From NCBI GenBank assembly GCA_016201905.1, contig JACQBQ010000024.1, positions 52,919 to 116,918 of the forward strand: a stretch of 64,000 nt of DNA. Reading direction: 5' to 3'. Below are positions 39,133-49,223 of the stretch, piece after piece. Position 1 is the stretch's first letter; the number at the start of each line of letters is the position of its first letter. Under the pieces are notes generated by a model. The model was not told where the DNA came from and searched no databases. It worked only from the letters and a program-made list of their open reading frames with translations. Position numbers and translations under genes: made by a program. The stretch is from Candidatus Melainabacteria bacterium (GTDB taxonomy: Bacteria; Cyanobacteriota; Vampirovibrionia; 2-02-FULL-35-15).

Positions 39133-40257
39133 TTACCTAAGCTGAACTGGCATGATTAGATAAGTGTAGCTGTAATCAGCATCTCCTATCTTTAAAAGTA
39201 TTGGTGATAATGATGTATCAAGCTCAAGTAAAACCTTTTCAAGCTGAAGATTTCTAAGTACTTCTGAAAGATATTTATAATTAAAAGCTACTTCAAGGTC
39301 ATTACCTTTATACTCAACGTCAACTTCGTCAGTTGCATTTCCGTGGTCAGGGGAGTTTGCATTGAGCTGAACTGTCTTTGAGCCTTTTGTAAATGACAAT
39401 TTAATTACATTTGTTCTTTCATTAGCTAATATTGCAACTCTTTCAAGTGCACTCAATAACTGTGTTCTGGAAAAAACAGCCTTGTGTGGTTGTTCTTTTG
39501 GGATCAATTTGTCATATGTAGGAAATGTTCCTGTGATAAGCCTTGTGCTAAGTGAAAAGTCATTGTTTTGGAAAATTATCTGCCCGGGCATAAAATAAAA
39601 TTGGACAATATCATTTCCATCTTTAAAACTTACTAATAATCTTTCAAGCTCTGCTAAAGCACGACCTGGAATAACCACTGACTGTTTTGTCTTTGTACTT
39701 CCATCCATGCTCCCTACGTATCTAGCTAACCTGCTTCCATCAGTAGCACCAATTTCAAATTTATTTCCACTTATCTCAAAATTTGCACCGGATAGAATAC
39801 TAGTAGTTTCAAACTTAGAAGTTGCAAACGAAGTCAGCAAAATTGCTCTGAGTAGTTCATCTTGTTTAATGCTGTATACTTTTTCCTCTTCCCCTCTTTT
39901 TATGATCTCTGGAAACTCTTCAGAGGAAGTGCCGCTAATCTGGAACTTTGATCTATCACTTAAGATCTTTGCGTTTTGATTTTTGTCTATTGAAATACTT
40001 ACTTCTTCGCCAGGTGCTTTACTAACTATTTCATCTAATTTTTTTGCAGGAAGCGTGACCTTTCCAGGTTTTGATATATTTGCGGGAAGTTTACATTCAA
40101 TCGCAAGATCAAGATCTGTAGCTGAAACCACCATTGAGCCATTTGCGCATGACAGTAATATATTATTTAAAATTGGTTGAATTGCTTTACTTGATGTTGC
40201 TCGTGTAGTACAAGAGACAACTTTCTTAAATAATTCTTTTTTTACTGCAATATCCAT
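39133..40257 (-). CDS. dnaN: DNA polymerase III beta sliding clamp
   Basis: 374-aa three-domain clamp. The N terminus, MDIAVKKELFKKVV...ILNNILL, matches DnaN. Confidence 0.88.
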   Translation of the reverse strand: MDIAVKKELFKKVVSCTTRATSSKAIQPILNNILLSCANGSMVVSATDLDLAIECKLPANISKPGKVTLPAKKLDEIVSKAPGEEVSISIDKNQNAKILSDRSKFQISGTSSEEFPEIIKRGEEEKVYSIKQDELLRAILLTSFATSKFETTSILSGANFEISGNKFEIGATDGSRLARYVGSMDGSTKTKQSVVIPGRALAELERLLVSFKDGNDIVQFYFMPGQIIFQNNDFSLSTRLITGTFPTYDKLIPKEQPHKAVFSRTQLLSALERVAILANERTNVIKLSFTKGSKTVQLNANSPDHGNATDEVDVEYKGNDLEVAFNYKYLSEVLRNLQLEKVLLELDTSLSPILLKIGDADYSYTYLIMPVQLR

Positions 40258-40645
40258 AATTTCCTCTTTTTTTCTGGTTGTTCACCATCAATAATTTATT
40301 GCTTTATATTTTATAACGTTGCACCGCAAATAGATAGTACACTCCATTATTTTTATTTCTATTGTTCTTAGAATTTAAATTTATAATGGTAATAGTGTGC
40401 CTTATATCCTGAAAGTAACCTTGAAGAGCAAGGAAAATCAATTGCTTGATATGTTTAAAATCTGTTGAATAATTGTTAACTTACTTACATGTATTTCTTT
40501 TTACTACTGGTGTCCTCCCTTTTCTAACAGTTAAGAAATAAGTTTTTGACATCTTATATTTGAACTTTGTTAACCTTTACTTGTCTGTCATAATATTAAG
40601 GTTGTTCTTTTCTTGGTTAATGTTTTTACTTGTTGAAATAGGATT

Positions 40646-42031
40646 ATGAAGAAGGTAGCAATTATAGGATGTGGTCCTGGTGGGTATTACGCAGCAGTGC
40701 GTCTTGCTTCTGCTGGTTTAGATGTGACATTAATAGATAAACAATATGCAGGTGGCACTTGTTTAAATGTGGGCTGTATTCCAACCAAAGTGCTTTTAGA
40801 TCATCTAAGCCTCTATGAGCATTTTATTGAATCAAGCACGAAGAAAAAAATATTCTCAGTTTCTGATGCCAAGTTAAATCTAGAAAACTTAAGAACATTT
40901 CAGTCTGATGTAATTAAACAACTTCAAGATGGACTAAATAAATTATTTAAGAAAAAGAAAATAAATTTTATCCATGGCGAAGCAAAATTACTCTCCGAGA
41001 AAAAAGTTCAGATAAACTCTAAAGAAATAATAGAAGCAGATGAAATAATAATAGCTACAGGATCTAAGCCAAGAACAATACCAGGATTTCAATTTGATAA
41101 GAAAGTTATTGTATCCAGTGATGATATCTGGAATGTACCTTCTCTGCCACAAAAGCTCTTGGTTATTGGCTCCGGGCCAATTGGTATTGAGTTTGCACGA
41201 ATATTTAATGTATTAGGTTCAAATGTAACAGTTGTTGAGATCCAGGAAAAAATCTGTCCAATTCTAGATCTTGAAATATCTGAAAATTTAATTAGAAGTC
41301 TAAAGCGAAGAAATATTACAGTAAAGCCAAACTTTGCTTCAAAACTTCTTGAAAAGAAAGAAAAAACTGCTCTTATTGAGTTTATAAGTACAAGTGAATC
41401 AAAAAAAGAAAATGGGGAATATGATCAAGTCTTAATAGCAGTGGGTAGAAAGCCAAATGCTGATAATTTAGGGCTTGAAAATGTGGGTGTGGAGTTAGAG
41501 CCACAAGGGTTTGTAAAGGTAAATCAATATCTGCAAACAAATATTAAAAATATCTGGGCAATCGGTGATGTTACAAATTATCCCCAACTTGCTCATACTG
41601 CAAGCTTTCAGGGAAGAGTAGTAGCTGAAAATATTTTAGGGAAAAAGAAAGCATTTCAAGGTGATTTTATCCCATCCTGTATTTTTGGATATCCTGAAAT
41701 TGCTTTTGTAGGTGCTACAGAGGAATCTCTAAAATTAAAAAATATCGAGTACAAAGTTGGGAAGTTTTTGTTTTTAGCCAGTGGCAAAGCTAAAGCCAGT
41801 GGATTAACCGAGGGTCTTGTCAAAATCCTTATGGATAAAGTGTCAAAAAAGGTTTTAGGGGCACATATAATTGGACCTGAAGCATCAAATCTTATTCATG
41901 AATTGGTAGTTGCAATGCAGAACAATTTAACAGTAGACCAGATCACATCGTCTATTCATGCACACCCCACATATTCTGAAGTAGTGCTTGAAGCATTGGA
42001 AGACTGTCTGGGAGAAGCAGTTCATGTGTAA
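40646..42031 (+). CDS. lpdA: Dihydrolipoyl dehydrogenase
   Basis: 461 aa. FAD motif GCGPGGY, redox-active disulfide GGTCLNVGCIPTK and a C-terminal HAHPT dimerisation motif. Confidence 0.93.
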   Translation: MKKVAIIGCGPGGYYAAVRLASAGLDVTLIDKQYAGGTCLNVGCIPTKVLLDHLSLYEHFIESSTKKKIFSVSDAKLNLENLRTFQSDVIKQLQDGLNKLFKKKKINFIHGEAKLLSEKKVQINSKEIIEADEIIIATGSKPRTIPGFQFDKKVIVSSDDIWNVPSLPQKLLVIGSGPIGIEFARIFNVLGSNVTVVEIQEKICPILDLEISENLIRSLKRRNITVKPNFASKLLEKKEKTALIEFISTSESKKENGEYDQVLIAVGRKPNADNLGLENVGVELEPQGFVKVNQYLQTNIKNIWAIGDVTNYPQLAHTASFQGRVVAENILGKKKAFQGDFIPSCIFGYPEIAFVGATEESLKLKNIEYKVGKFLFLASGKAKASGLTEGLVKILMDKVSKKVLGAHIIGPEASNLIHELVVAMQNNLTVDQITSSIHAHPTYSEVVLEALEDCLGEAVHV

Positions 42032-43125
42032 TGATTAACAGAAAAGAAATCAAAAAAATCATAATCTTTCGCTACCGTTTTATAGGTGATACAGTCTTGA
42101 CCATTCCTTTTATTAAAAATGTAAAAGAGTATTTCCCAGATGCACAAATTGATGTACTAGTTTCGCCAAATAGTGGAGAGCTAATTGAAGGGAACCCAGA
42201 TGTAAATAAAATCATTTATTTTGACAATTCAAAGTTTCATAAATATGAAAATATTCAAGAGGCTGGATCGCACGATCCAGCCTCCTTGTATTGCAATTCC
42301 TTTTTAGGTTGTGTAAAAGTTCTTAAAAGAGAAAATTATGAGCTTGCTTTTGTCTTAAAACGTTCATTTTCAAGTGCTTTCTTAGCTTTTTTAAGTAGGG
42401 CAAAATATAGAGTTGGTTTTAATACAGAGTTTAGATCTTTTTTATTAACACATAAAATTAAATATGATAAGAGTATTCATGAGATAGATAATTTTTTAAA
42501 TTGTTTGAAACCGTTATTAGATATAACTCCACAAAGACACATGCCTAAAATTTATACAACACAAAAAGAGGAAATAAAAGCCAATGGTTTTTTAGTCAGA
42601 CTTGATCGCTTTAAACCAAAAGTTTTAATTCATGCTAGTAGTGCGCACCCTTATAAAATGTGGCCAAAGAGATACTTTGCAAAGCTTATGGATTATTTAT
42701 ATGATGAGTTTGGAGCACAATTCGTTTTTACTGGAGCAAAAATTGATAAAGAAGCTTATGAAAAAATACTTGGGTGGTGTGAAAATAAAAATAAATTTAA
42801 AATACTTGACCTCTTGGGGCTGACTTCTATTAGAGAGTGCTATTCGATTTATAAAGGACTTGATCTAGCAGTATGTGTTGATTCTGGTAATGCTCATATT
42901 TCAGCAGCAAGTGGTATTCCAACATATGTTTTATATGGACCTACAAGACCAGAGCGCTGGCTGCCGCTTGGTAAAAGCGTTTTTCCACTCCGATTAAATC
43001 AGTTATTACCGTGTCAGCCTTGTGATGTAAAAGTTGAGTGTTCTCATCTAAGCTGCATGAAACTGTTAAGTCCAGAATTTATATTTAGTAACTTAAAAAA
43101 CGGCAAAATTAAAGTAACTACTTAG
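42031..43125 (+). CDS. Glycosyltransferase family 9 (LPS heptosyltransferase-like)
   Basis: 364 aa. The N-terminal RYRFIGDTVLTIPFIKNVKEYFPDAQIDVLV is typical of RfaC/RfaF-type GT9 enzymes. Confidence 0.8.
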   Translation: MINRKEIKKIIIFRYRFIGDTVLTIPFIKNVKEYFPDAQIDVLVSPNSGELIEGNPDVNKIIYFDNSKFHKYENIQEAGSHDPASLYCNSFLGCVKVLKRENYELAFVLKRSFSSAFLAFLSRAKYRVGFNTEFRSFLLTHKIKYDKSIHEIDNFLNCLKPLLDITPQRHMPKIYTTQKEEIKANGFLVRLDRFKPKVLIHASSAHPYKMWPKRYFAKLMDYLYDEFGAQFVFTGAKIDKEAYEKILGWCENKNKFKILDLLGLTSIRECYSIYKGLDLAVCVDSGNAHISAASGIPTYVLYGPTRPERWLPLGKSVFPLRLNQLLPCQPCDVKVECSHLSCMKLLSPEFIFSNLKNGKIKVTT

Positions 43126-43186
43126 CTAATATCCTAATACTTTGCCTGATTGTTTACTGTTCTTTGCTGTGCTATAAACTTAGCTT

Positions 43187-44392
43187 ATGCATAAAGACCA
43201 TAAAAAAGTTCTTCTTGCAACCTGGCTTGGATGGGTTTTTGATGGTATGGACTCTTCTTTGTATCCATTTGTTGCAAATCAGGCACTTGGTGAGCTCATT
43301 GGAAAAACCAATCCTGAGTTTGGCTGGATAGCTGCTAAAGTCTTAGCAATATTTTTACTTGGCTGGTCAGCTGGTGGCTTTTTATTTGGTTATCTTGGTG
43401 ACAAAATTGGAAGAGCTAAAGCTCTTTCAATTTCTGTACTTGCTTATGCAGTGTTTACAGGGCTCTCTGGGCTTGCACATAGCTGGCAAGAGCTTTCAAT
43501 CTTTCGTTTTTTAAGTGGGCTTGGTATTGGCGGGGAATGGGCCCTAGGAGTTGCACTTTTAGCTGAATCGATTAAACCAGAAAAAAGAATTATGTCTACA
43601 GCATTTTTGGCTACTGGATTTTCTGTAGGATGTTGTCTGGCAGTACTTGCAAACTTTTTAATCAGCCCATATGGATGGAGAATAGTTTTTTTATTTGGGA
43701 TTCTACCTGCACTTTTGGTTTTTTATATAAGAAAAAATATTAAGGAGCCAACAGCCTGGCTTTCAATTACTAAAAGAATTAATAATCCGTTTGGAATTTT
43801 TTCTAAGAAATATTCATATAATAAACTTTGGATTGCATTTTTACTAGGAGTAACTTTTAGTATAGGTTCATGGACCTGTATACTTTTTTGGTTTCCAATC
43901 TGGGTTGAACGTACATTAGGTGGAAATCTTTATGAAAAAACTCTGGTCATGCTAGTTTCACTCTTAGCTCATATAGCTGGTTCTTATCTTTCTGGTCCAT
44001 TGCTTATGACTTATAAAAGAAAAACCGTTTTGTTCTCTAGCTATCTTTTGACTTTTATAACCTCTTTATTTATGTATTCTTTTTTTCACGCATATGGACC
44101 TGGAGTTTTAATTTTTGCATCTTTGCTTGGTTTTTTCTTTGGTATCATTCCTGGCTCTTTTGCAATTTATTTCCCAGAACTTTTCCCGACAAAAATTAGA
44201 TCTACAGCAAAAGGGTTTTGTTATAGTACAGCAAGAGTTTTTACAGCTTTTGGTGCTTTGTATAGTGGTTATTTGGTACAGGTATTTAATGGAAATATTG
44301 GAGCTGCTGGAACTTTGATGTCATTTATTTTTTTAATTGGTGCAATGATTAGTTTATTTGCCCCAGAGACTGATAAAATTCTTCCTACTTAA
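43187..44392 (+). CDS. MFS transporter
   Basis: 401 aa, about 12 TM helices. GDKIGRAK sits in the loop 2-3 position, resembling the MFS signature. Confidence 0.8.
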   Translation: MHKDHKKVLLATWLGWVFDGMDSSLYPFVANQALGELIGKTNPEFGWIAAKVLAIFLLGWSAGGFLFGYLGDKIGRAKALSISVLAYAVFTGLSGLAHSWQELSIFRFLSGLGIGGEWALGVALLAESIKPEKRIMSTAFLATGFSVGCCLAVLANFLISPYGWRIVFLFGILPALLVFYIRKNIKEPTAWLSITKRINNPFGIFSKKYSYNKLWIAFLLGVTFSIGSWTCILFWFPIWVERTLGGNLYEKTLVMLVSLLAHIAGSYLSGPLLMTYKRKTVLFSSYLLTFITSLFMYSFFHAYGPGVLIFASLLGFFFGIIPGSFAIYFPELFPTKIRSTAKGFCYSTARVFTAFGALYSGYLVQVFNGNIGAAGTLMSFIFLIGAMISLFAPETDKILPT

Positions 44393-44454
44393 TAACGTAC
44401 TAATGTAAATATTGATTTTGTTTATATAAAAGATGCTATAAATTGAATGTCTTC

Positions 44455-44527
<73 letters not shown>

Positions 44528-44666
44528 AATTCTTCCACAAGAATGTGAGTGATTAATGGTGTGCTAATAAAGCGAACCTTGTTCCAATTTATTTGGACAA
44601 GGTGAGCGGTATTTGCAAGGCTGGTTCGAGGAGCAACGTCACCGCAGAACCAGCTGTTAGAGATAC

Positions 44667-44718
44667 AGCAGAGGACTGAAAATCCTTGTGTCGGCAGTTC
44701 AATTCTGCCTCGCGGCAA
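44667..44718 (+). repeat. 52-bp direct repeat of the tRNA-Phe 3' end (anticodon stem to acceptor end), preceded by a degenerate copy of the 5' half
   Basis: AGCAGAGGACTGAAAATCCTTGTGTCGGCAGTTCAATTCTGCCTCGCGGCAA is identical to 44477-44528. The upstream 25 nt resemble the tRNA 5' half at about 70%. Confidence 0.85.
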
Positions 44719-44748
44719 GTTTTATGTTAATAAAAAGTTTTGATAGTT

Positions 44749-45735
44749 CTAAAGTGTGCTTGTTAGAGCGTGATTGATTCCATCTTTTAACTCAATATAG
44801 CCATGGCTTCTTCTATGATCTAAAACATGCAGGAGTTCTTTTCCTACTTTCATTGTTATTTCTCTGTTATTGTCATTTTTTTCTACTTGTGCCTCAATAT
44901 CTTTACCTGAAACAATTTGTATTTTTATTTCTCCTGATTCAGCAATGTGTTTATAGATAGGCAAGTGCACTATTATCCTTCTAATCCTTGCTTCTAATTC
45001 TTCATTAACTTCTTTTAATTTTTTCTTTGTGTGAATAATATAATGTTCATCATAATATTTTTCTAGTTCGCCACTGTATAGTTGCTTGTGGATTTGTCCT
45101 CTTGCTGCAAGCAGCCTGGCAATCGATGCATTTCTTGTAAGCGATGATTGAGGTGGTTCATATATGTCGACATAGTCGACATTCGGAGTTATGCTTATAA
45201 CTTTTCCATTGCGTTTTACTTCAAGTCTCTCAGCACAACAAACTGAATCCGGATAAAAGCGATTTTTAATTAACTCACCAGGCTTTACTTTTTCATCATC
45301 CCGCAAGCCTTTAAATCCTTGGTACTCTTTAGATGTACAAGCAGCTGTGTCAATAATAAAAAATCCTATGCCTTCATTAAGCTTGCCTTTTAATAAATCT
45401 GGTAAATCTTTATAGCTTGAAATCCAAAGTTTATCTCCTATTTGTATAGGTTTTTTGTATTTAATTGATACTTCATTGTTTATCTCAATTGGAACACAAC
45501 GTTTAGAGACAGTTGTAAATAATGACTCAATTGTTTGTTTTAATTTTAGGTTGATATTCTTGCCTTGTGAAAGTGCCAAGGCTTCATGTGCATTAATTTG
45601 GGCTTGCATTAGTTTATTAACTTCTAGCTCTGATTTTATTTTTTCTACTAGTTCTTTTGGATCTAATCTAAAAGGAGTTATTTGGCCTAATTTGCCGAGT
45701 AAAAATTTTAGTAAAAGCTTTTCAATGTCTGGCAT
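44749..45735 (-). CDS. Hypothetical protein (N terminus MPDIEK...)
   Basis: 328-aa ORF; no motif. Lies immediately beyond the duplicated tRNA 3' end. Confidence 0.45.
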   Translation of the reverse strand: MPDIEKLLLKFLLGKLGQITPFRLDPKELVEKIKSELEVNKLMQAQINAHEALALSQGKNINLKLKQTIESLFTTVSKRCVPIEINNEVSIKYKKPIQIGDKLWISSYKDLPDLLKGKLNEGIGFFIIDTAACTSKEYQGFKGLRDDEKVKPGELIKNRFYPDSVCCAERLEVKRNGKVISITPNVDYVDIYEPPQSSLTRNASIARLLAARGQIHKQLYSGELEKYYDEHYIIHTKKKLKEVNEELEARIRRIIVHLPIYKHIAESGEIKIQIVSGKDIEAQVEKNDNNREITMKVGKELLHVLDHRRSHGYIELKDGINHALTSTL

Positions 45736-45908
45736 ACTATGTCCTTTTTTGGTGTTTTCAAAATCTACAAAGATAAAAATAGACCAATTTTTATGAGCCT
45801 AAAATTAAATAATTTTAATACTATCTTTTAATAGTCTTGTATTAATCAAGGCTTAACGAGAAATCAAATGGAAGAATGAAAGATAGTACAAATGTTTTAT
45901 GTTTTAAG

Positions 45909-46967
45909 TTATCCCGGTCCTCTGCTATCTGTTCCTTTGCTGTGTCTTTCCCCGTGAGATATTCCTATGCCTGCTGCTATTCTTAATAACTCAATATTAG
46001 AAGAAGCGATTATTTCACGTGCAATTCGCTTAAGAATTCTTTCTCTATAATTTTCTGAGATTGATTTCATCGCTTTATTTAGTTCGTTTGTTTCATAAGT
46101 TTTTGGTTTGTATTTGCAGCTCTCAGATTGAATTAAAAATTCTTGTACCACTTTTAAACTTGTAACCATATCCTTATGATATGAAGTGCTTTGCTCATCA
46201 ATTGCTACCTTGAATTTTCTATCAGCAAATGGATTATCTCCGCCACAAGCTAGTATTTCTATTGCATGCGATGCAATTTCTTGCCCTGTATCAACTTTAA
46301 CTTCTAACTCACCACGTATCTGGTGAGTCATCTCATGTGCAAATGCCCCTTTAAAGTAATTTTTTAAATCACTTGTTGTAGTTTCATCATTGTCTTCAAT
46401 AGAACTTAAAACAGAATTAATGTTAGAGTGTGTAATCTCAATAGAGTTAGCACCTGTTACACACATCCCGTAACCCTTTTCACCTATTATATTTATTACA
46501 AATACGAATCTGGAATCATCACAGTTTTTACCAGTAAATTCTTTTGCAGCTAAAAAAGAATCACAAAGTATTTTTTCTCCTTTTTCTAGTACATTGTTTT
46601 TAACACCGCTGCTTGACAGGTGTTTATATAGTAAAGAATTATTTGGAATTGGTTTATAAGGTTTGCCAAGCTCGCGTGCTTCTCCATCTTTAGTCCAGAT
46701 TAAAAACCAAACGTCATAGGAGTCGTTAATTACAGGAAAAACTTTTAAGTATGCATTAAAAAATGGGGATAGATTTTTCCATCCATCATCAAGATGCTTT
46801 AGTCTTTGAATTATGTCTTGAATCTTTGGGTAGGTTGATTTAAAAGGAATAACATTATTTTCTTCTGTCCTTGTTTTTTGTACATCTATTGCCCTTTGTA
46901 TGGGTATGATGTAAGATATGCTTCTTGTGCCTGAGTATGGAATAGTAACTTTTTCTATTTTTGGCAT
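45909..46967 (-). CDS. Hypothetical protein with an HExxH motif (putative zinc metallopeptidase; N terminus MPKIEK...)
   Basis: 352 aa. AFAHEMTHQIRGE contains HEMTH. No other family assignment is possible from sequence. Confidence 0.45.
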   Translation of the reverse strand: MPKIEKVTIPYSGTRSISYIIPIQRAIDVQKTRTEENNVIPFKSTYPKIQDIIQRLKHLDDGWKNLSPFFNAYLKVFPVINDSYDVWFLIWTKDGEARELGKPYKPIPNNSLLYKHLSSSGVKNNVLEKGEKILCDSFLAAKEFTGKNCDDSRFVFVINIIGEKGYGMCVTGANSIEITHSNINSVLSSIEDNDETTTSDLKNYFKGAFAHEMTHQIRGELEVKVDTGQEIASHAIEILACGGDNPFADRKFKVAIDEQSTSYHKDMVTSLKVVQEFLIQSESCKYKPKTYETNELNKAMKSISENYRERILKRIAREIIASSNIELLRIAAGIGISHGERHSKGTDSRGPG

Positions 46968-47100
46968 TAGTAAATAAAAAAGCTCTTTGCCCAGTTCAAG
47001 GCAAAAAGAGTTGCTTACAAATTTCTTTCTTTGTTGTTATTTTAACAGCCAGTTTTATTAGTGAAATACTGGTGTTTGTAATTTTGTTGTAAGAGTCTTC

Positions 47101-47982
47101 TTACGAGATTGTTTTTCTCAAAGTGTCTTCTAATTCAGTGTGTCTAAACTTATACCCAAGTTGTATAACTCTTTCAGGCATTGCTTTTTGACCACCCAGC
47201 AACACATCTGACATTTCCCCCAAAAGTAATTTTAATGCAAAAGCTGGTACTGGTGCAAATGAAGGTCTATTTAAAACCTTTCCTAAAATATTTGAAAACT
47301 CTTTATTTGTTACTGGATTTGGAGAAGCTACATTTAAAATACCCGTCACATTATTATTTTCAATAGAATATTTAATTATGCCGACTACATCATGAAGTGA
47401 TATCCATGACATCCATTGACTGCCTGAACCTAGTGGACCTCCAATAAACATCTTAAAAGGTGGAAGCATCTTCTGAAGTGCACCACCGCCAATTCCAAGT
47501 ACAATGCCGATTCTTAGAATTACAACGTTGGTCTTGGCATTTTTAGCTTCACTTTCCCAGTCTTTGCACAGCTTTACTAAAAAATCGCTGCCATTACTTG
47601 ATTCTTCAGTTAGCTTTTCACTATCTCTATTTCCATATATGCCAATAGCAGAAGCGTTGATTAATTTTTTTGGCTTTTTGTTTGAGCTATTTATGGCATT
47701 TACCAGTAGTTTTGTAGTTTCAATTCTGCTTTTATACAATAAGTCTTTTTGTTCACTTGTCCATCTTTTGGCTGCTATCGGTTCACCAGCTAGGTTAATA
47801 ACAATTTCTGCATTGTTTACTGCATTCATTAAGTCTTTTGAATCCCATTCTATGTAGTTTATGCTTTTTACATTCTCTCTTTTTGTACGGCTTATAATAA
47901 AAAGTTCATGACCAGATTGAATTAATTCTTCTGTAAGTGCTTTACCTACAAAACCAGTGCCACCAGCTAATAATATTTTCAT
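47101..47982 (-). CDS. NAD-dependent epimerase/dehydratase family protein of the YfcH type (TIGR01777-like)
   Basis: 293 aa. N-terminal GGTGFVGKAL Rossmann motif and C-terminal DUF1731-like region. Confidence 0.7.
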   Translation of the reverse strand: MKILLAGGTGFVGKALTEELIQSGHELFIISRTKRENVKSINYIEWDSKDLMNAVNNAEIVINLAGEPIAAKRWTSEQKDLLYKSRIETTKLLVNAINSSNKKPKKLINASAIGIYGNRDSEKLTEESSNGSDFLVKLCKDWESEAKNAKTNVVILRIGIVLGIGGGALQKMLPPFKMFIGGPLGSGSQWMSWISLHDVVGIIKYSIENNNVTGILNVASPNPVTNKEFSNILGKVLNRPSFAPVPAFALKLLLGEMSDVLLGGQKAMPERVIQLGYKFRHTELEDTLRKTIS

Positions 47983-47989
47983 ATTTTAT

Positions 47990-48763
47990 TTAAACCTCAA
48001 TCTCAATTCCAAGCGGACAATGATCAGAACCCATAACTTCTGACATAATAAATGCTTTTTTTAGATTTTTTAAAAGATTTGGTGAGATAAAAAAATAGTC
48101 AATTCTCCAGCCTACATTTCTTTCACGGGCTCTTGTAATTGGATCCCAGTATGTGTAGTGAGCACCCTCTTTAACAAAATGTCTGAAAGTATCTATATAA
48201 CCATGGTTTACAAACTTATCCATCCACTCTCTTTCAATCGGTAAAAAACCACTTGTATTTGTATTTTCTTTTGGTCTGGCTAGATCTATTTCTTTGTGGG
48301 CAGTGTTTACATCTCCGCAAATAATTATTTTTTTGCCTTTTTCTTTTAACTTTTCTGCATATTTTAAAAACTCATTATAAAATCCAAGCTTGTATTTTAA
48401 TCTTTCAATATCTCTTTGACCGTTTGGGAAATAAATATTAAAAAGAATAAAATCATTGTAATCTGAGATTAAAATTCTTCCTTCAGAATCATATTTTTTT
48501 ATACCAAAACCAGTTTCAGTGTTTTTAGGCTCAAGTTTTGTAAATGTAGCAACACCGCTATAGCCTTTTTTCTCTCCACTTGACCAGAATGTTTTATAAC
48601 CATTTGGATTTATTAGATCTTTTGTTAATTGTTCAATATGTGCTTTTGTTTCCTGAACACATAAAATATCAGGGCTTTCTTTTTCTAACCATTCAAGAAA
48701 TCCTTTTTTTTGAGCAGCTCGAATACCATTTACGTTCCAGGAAAGTAATTTTAGTTTTTTCAT
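47990..48763 (-). CDS. xth: Exodeoxyribonuclease III
   Basis: 257 aa. [20 protein letters not shown] and a C-terminal SDHCP motif typical of the ExoIII/APE family. Confidence 0.9.
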   Translation of the reverse strand: MKKLKLLSWNVNGIRAAQKKGFLEWLEKESPDILCVQETKAHIEQLTKDLINPNGYKTFWSSGEKKGYSGVATFTKLEPKNTETGFGIKKYDSEGRILISDYNDFILFNIYFPNGQRDIERLKYKLGFYNEFLKYAEKLKEKGKKIIICGDVNTAHKEIDLARPKENTNTSGFLPIEREWMDKFVNHGYIDTFRHFVKEGAHYTYWDPITRARERNVGWRIDYFFISPNLLKNLKKAFIMSEVMGSDHCPLGIEIEV

Positions 48764-48806
48764 TCGAAACTATTTTACTATGCTGTTTTTAATTGCTCTA
48801 AAAATG

Positions 48807-48834
48807 AAAAAGGAGGCCTCTTTGGCCTCCTTTT
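48807..48834. terminator. Bidirectional rho-independent terminator: AAAA-GGAGGCC-tcttt-GGCCTCC-TTTT
   Basis: A perfect 7-bp GC-rich stem flanked by an A-run and a T-run. Positioned downstream of the pnt operon and the 86-aa ORF on the minus strand. Confidence 0.7.
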
Positions 48835-48860
48835 AAAATTAAAACCAAAACTTTACTAGC

Positions 48861-49121
48861 TTACGTATCTTTATCATTAGTATTGTATTTTTCTTCTTCT
48901 CTTAATACCTGCATAGCTATAAATGGAGCCTGTGAAGCCATAGAAATTGCTAGGATTTGTTCTCTAAAATTAGTTGGCATTCTGTCCGTTGAACTAATAG
49001 CTGGACTTGTAGGAGGTAGTTGACTTAACTGAGTAGTAATCTCTGGCCTTTGTGGACCATTAACAGGACGAGATAACCTTGGGCTAAATCCTGTTGGTAA
49101 TATTGAATTAACTGAAGCCAT
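48861..49121 (-). CDS. Hypothetical small protein, last gene of the pnt transcription unit
   Basis: 86-aa Pro/Ser-rich ORF; no motif. Confidence 0.3.
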   Translation of the reverse strand: MASVNSILPTGFSPRLSRPVNGPQRPEITTQLSQLPPTSPAISSTDRMPTNFREQILAISMASQAPFIAMQVLREEEKYNTNDKDT

Positions 49122-49223
49122 ACTTTTCCCCTAATAGGAAAGATTGTCCTATAAGGTATAGATATTGTCAATAGCATGTGACATAACCATTTAACTTTGT
49201 AGAAACAATTATCAATTGCTGTC

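Noticed and set aside
40258-40645. 388-bp AT-rich spacer upstream of dnaN considered as a replication origin
   Set aside because: dnaA is not adjacent (dnaN is followed by murF and pgi), and I could not find TTATCCACA-type DnaA boxes by eye. There is insufficient evidence to call oriC.
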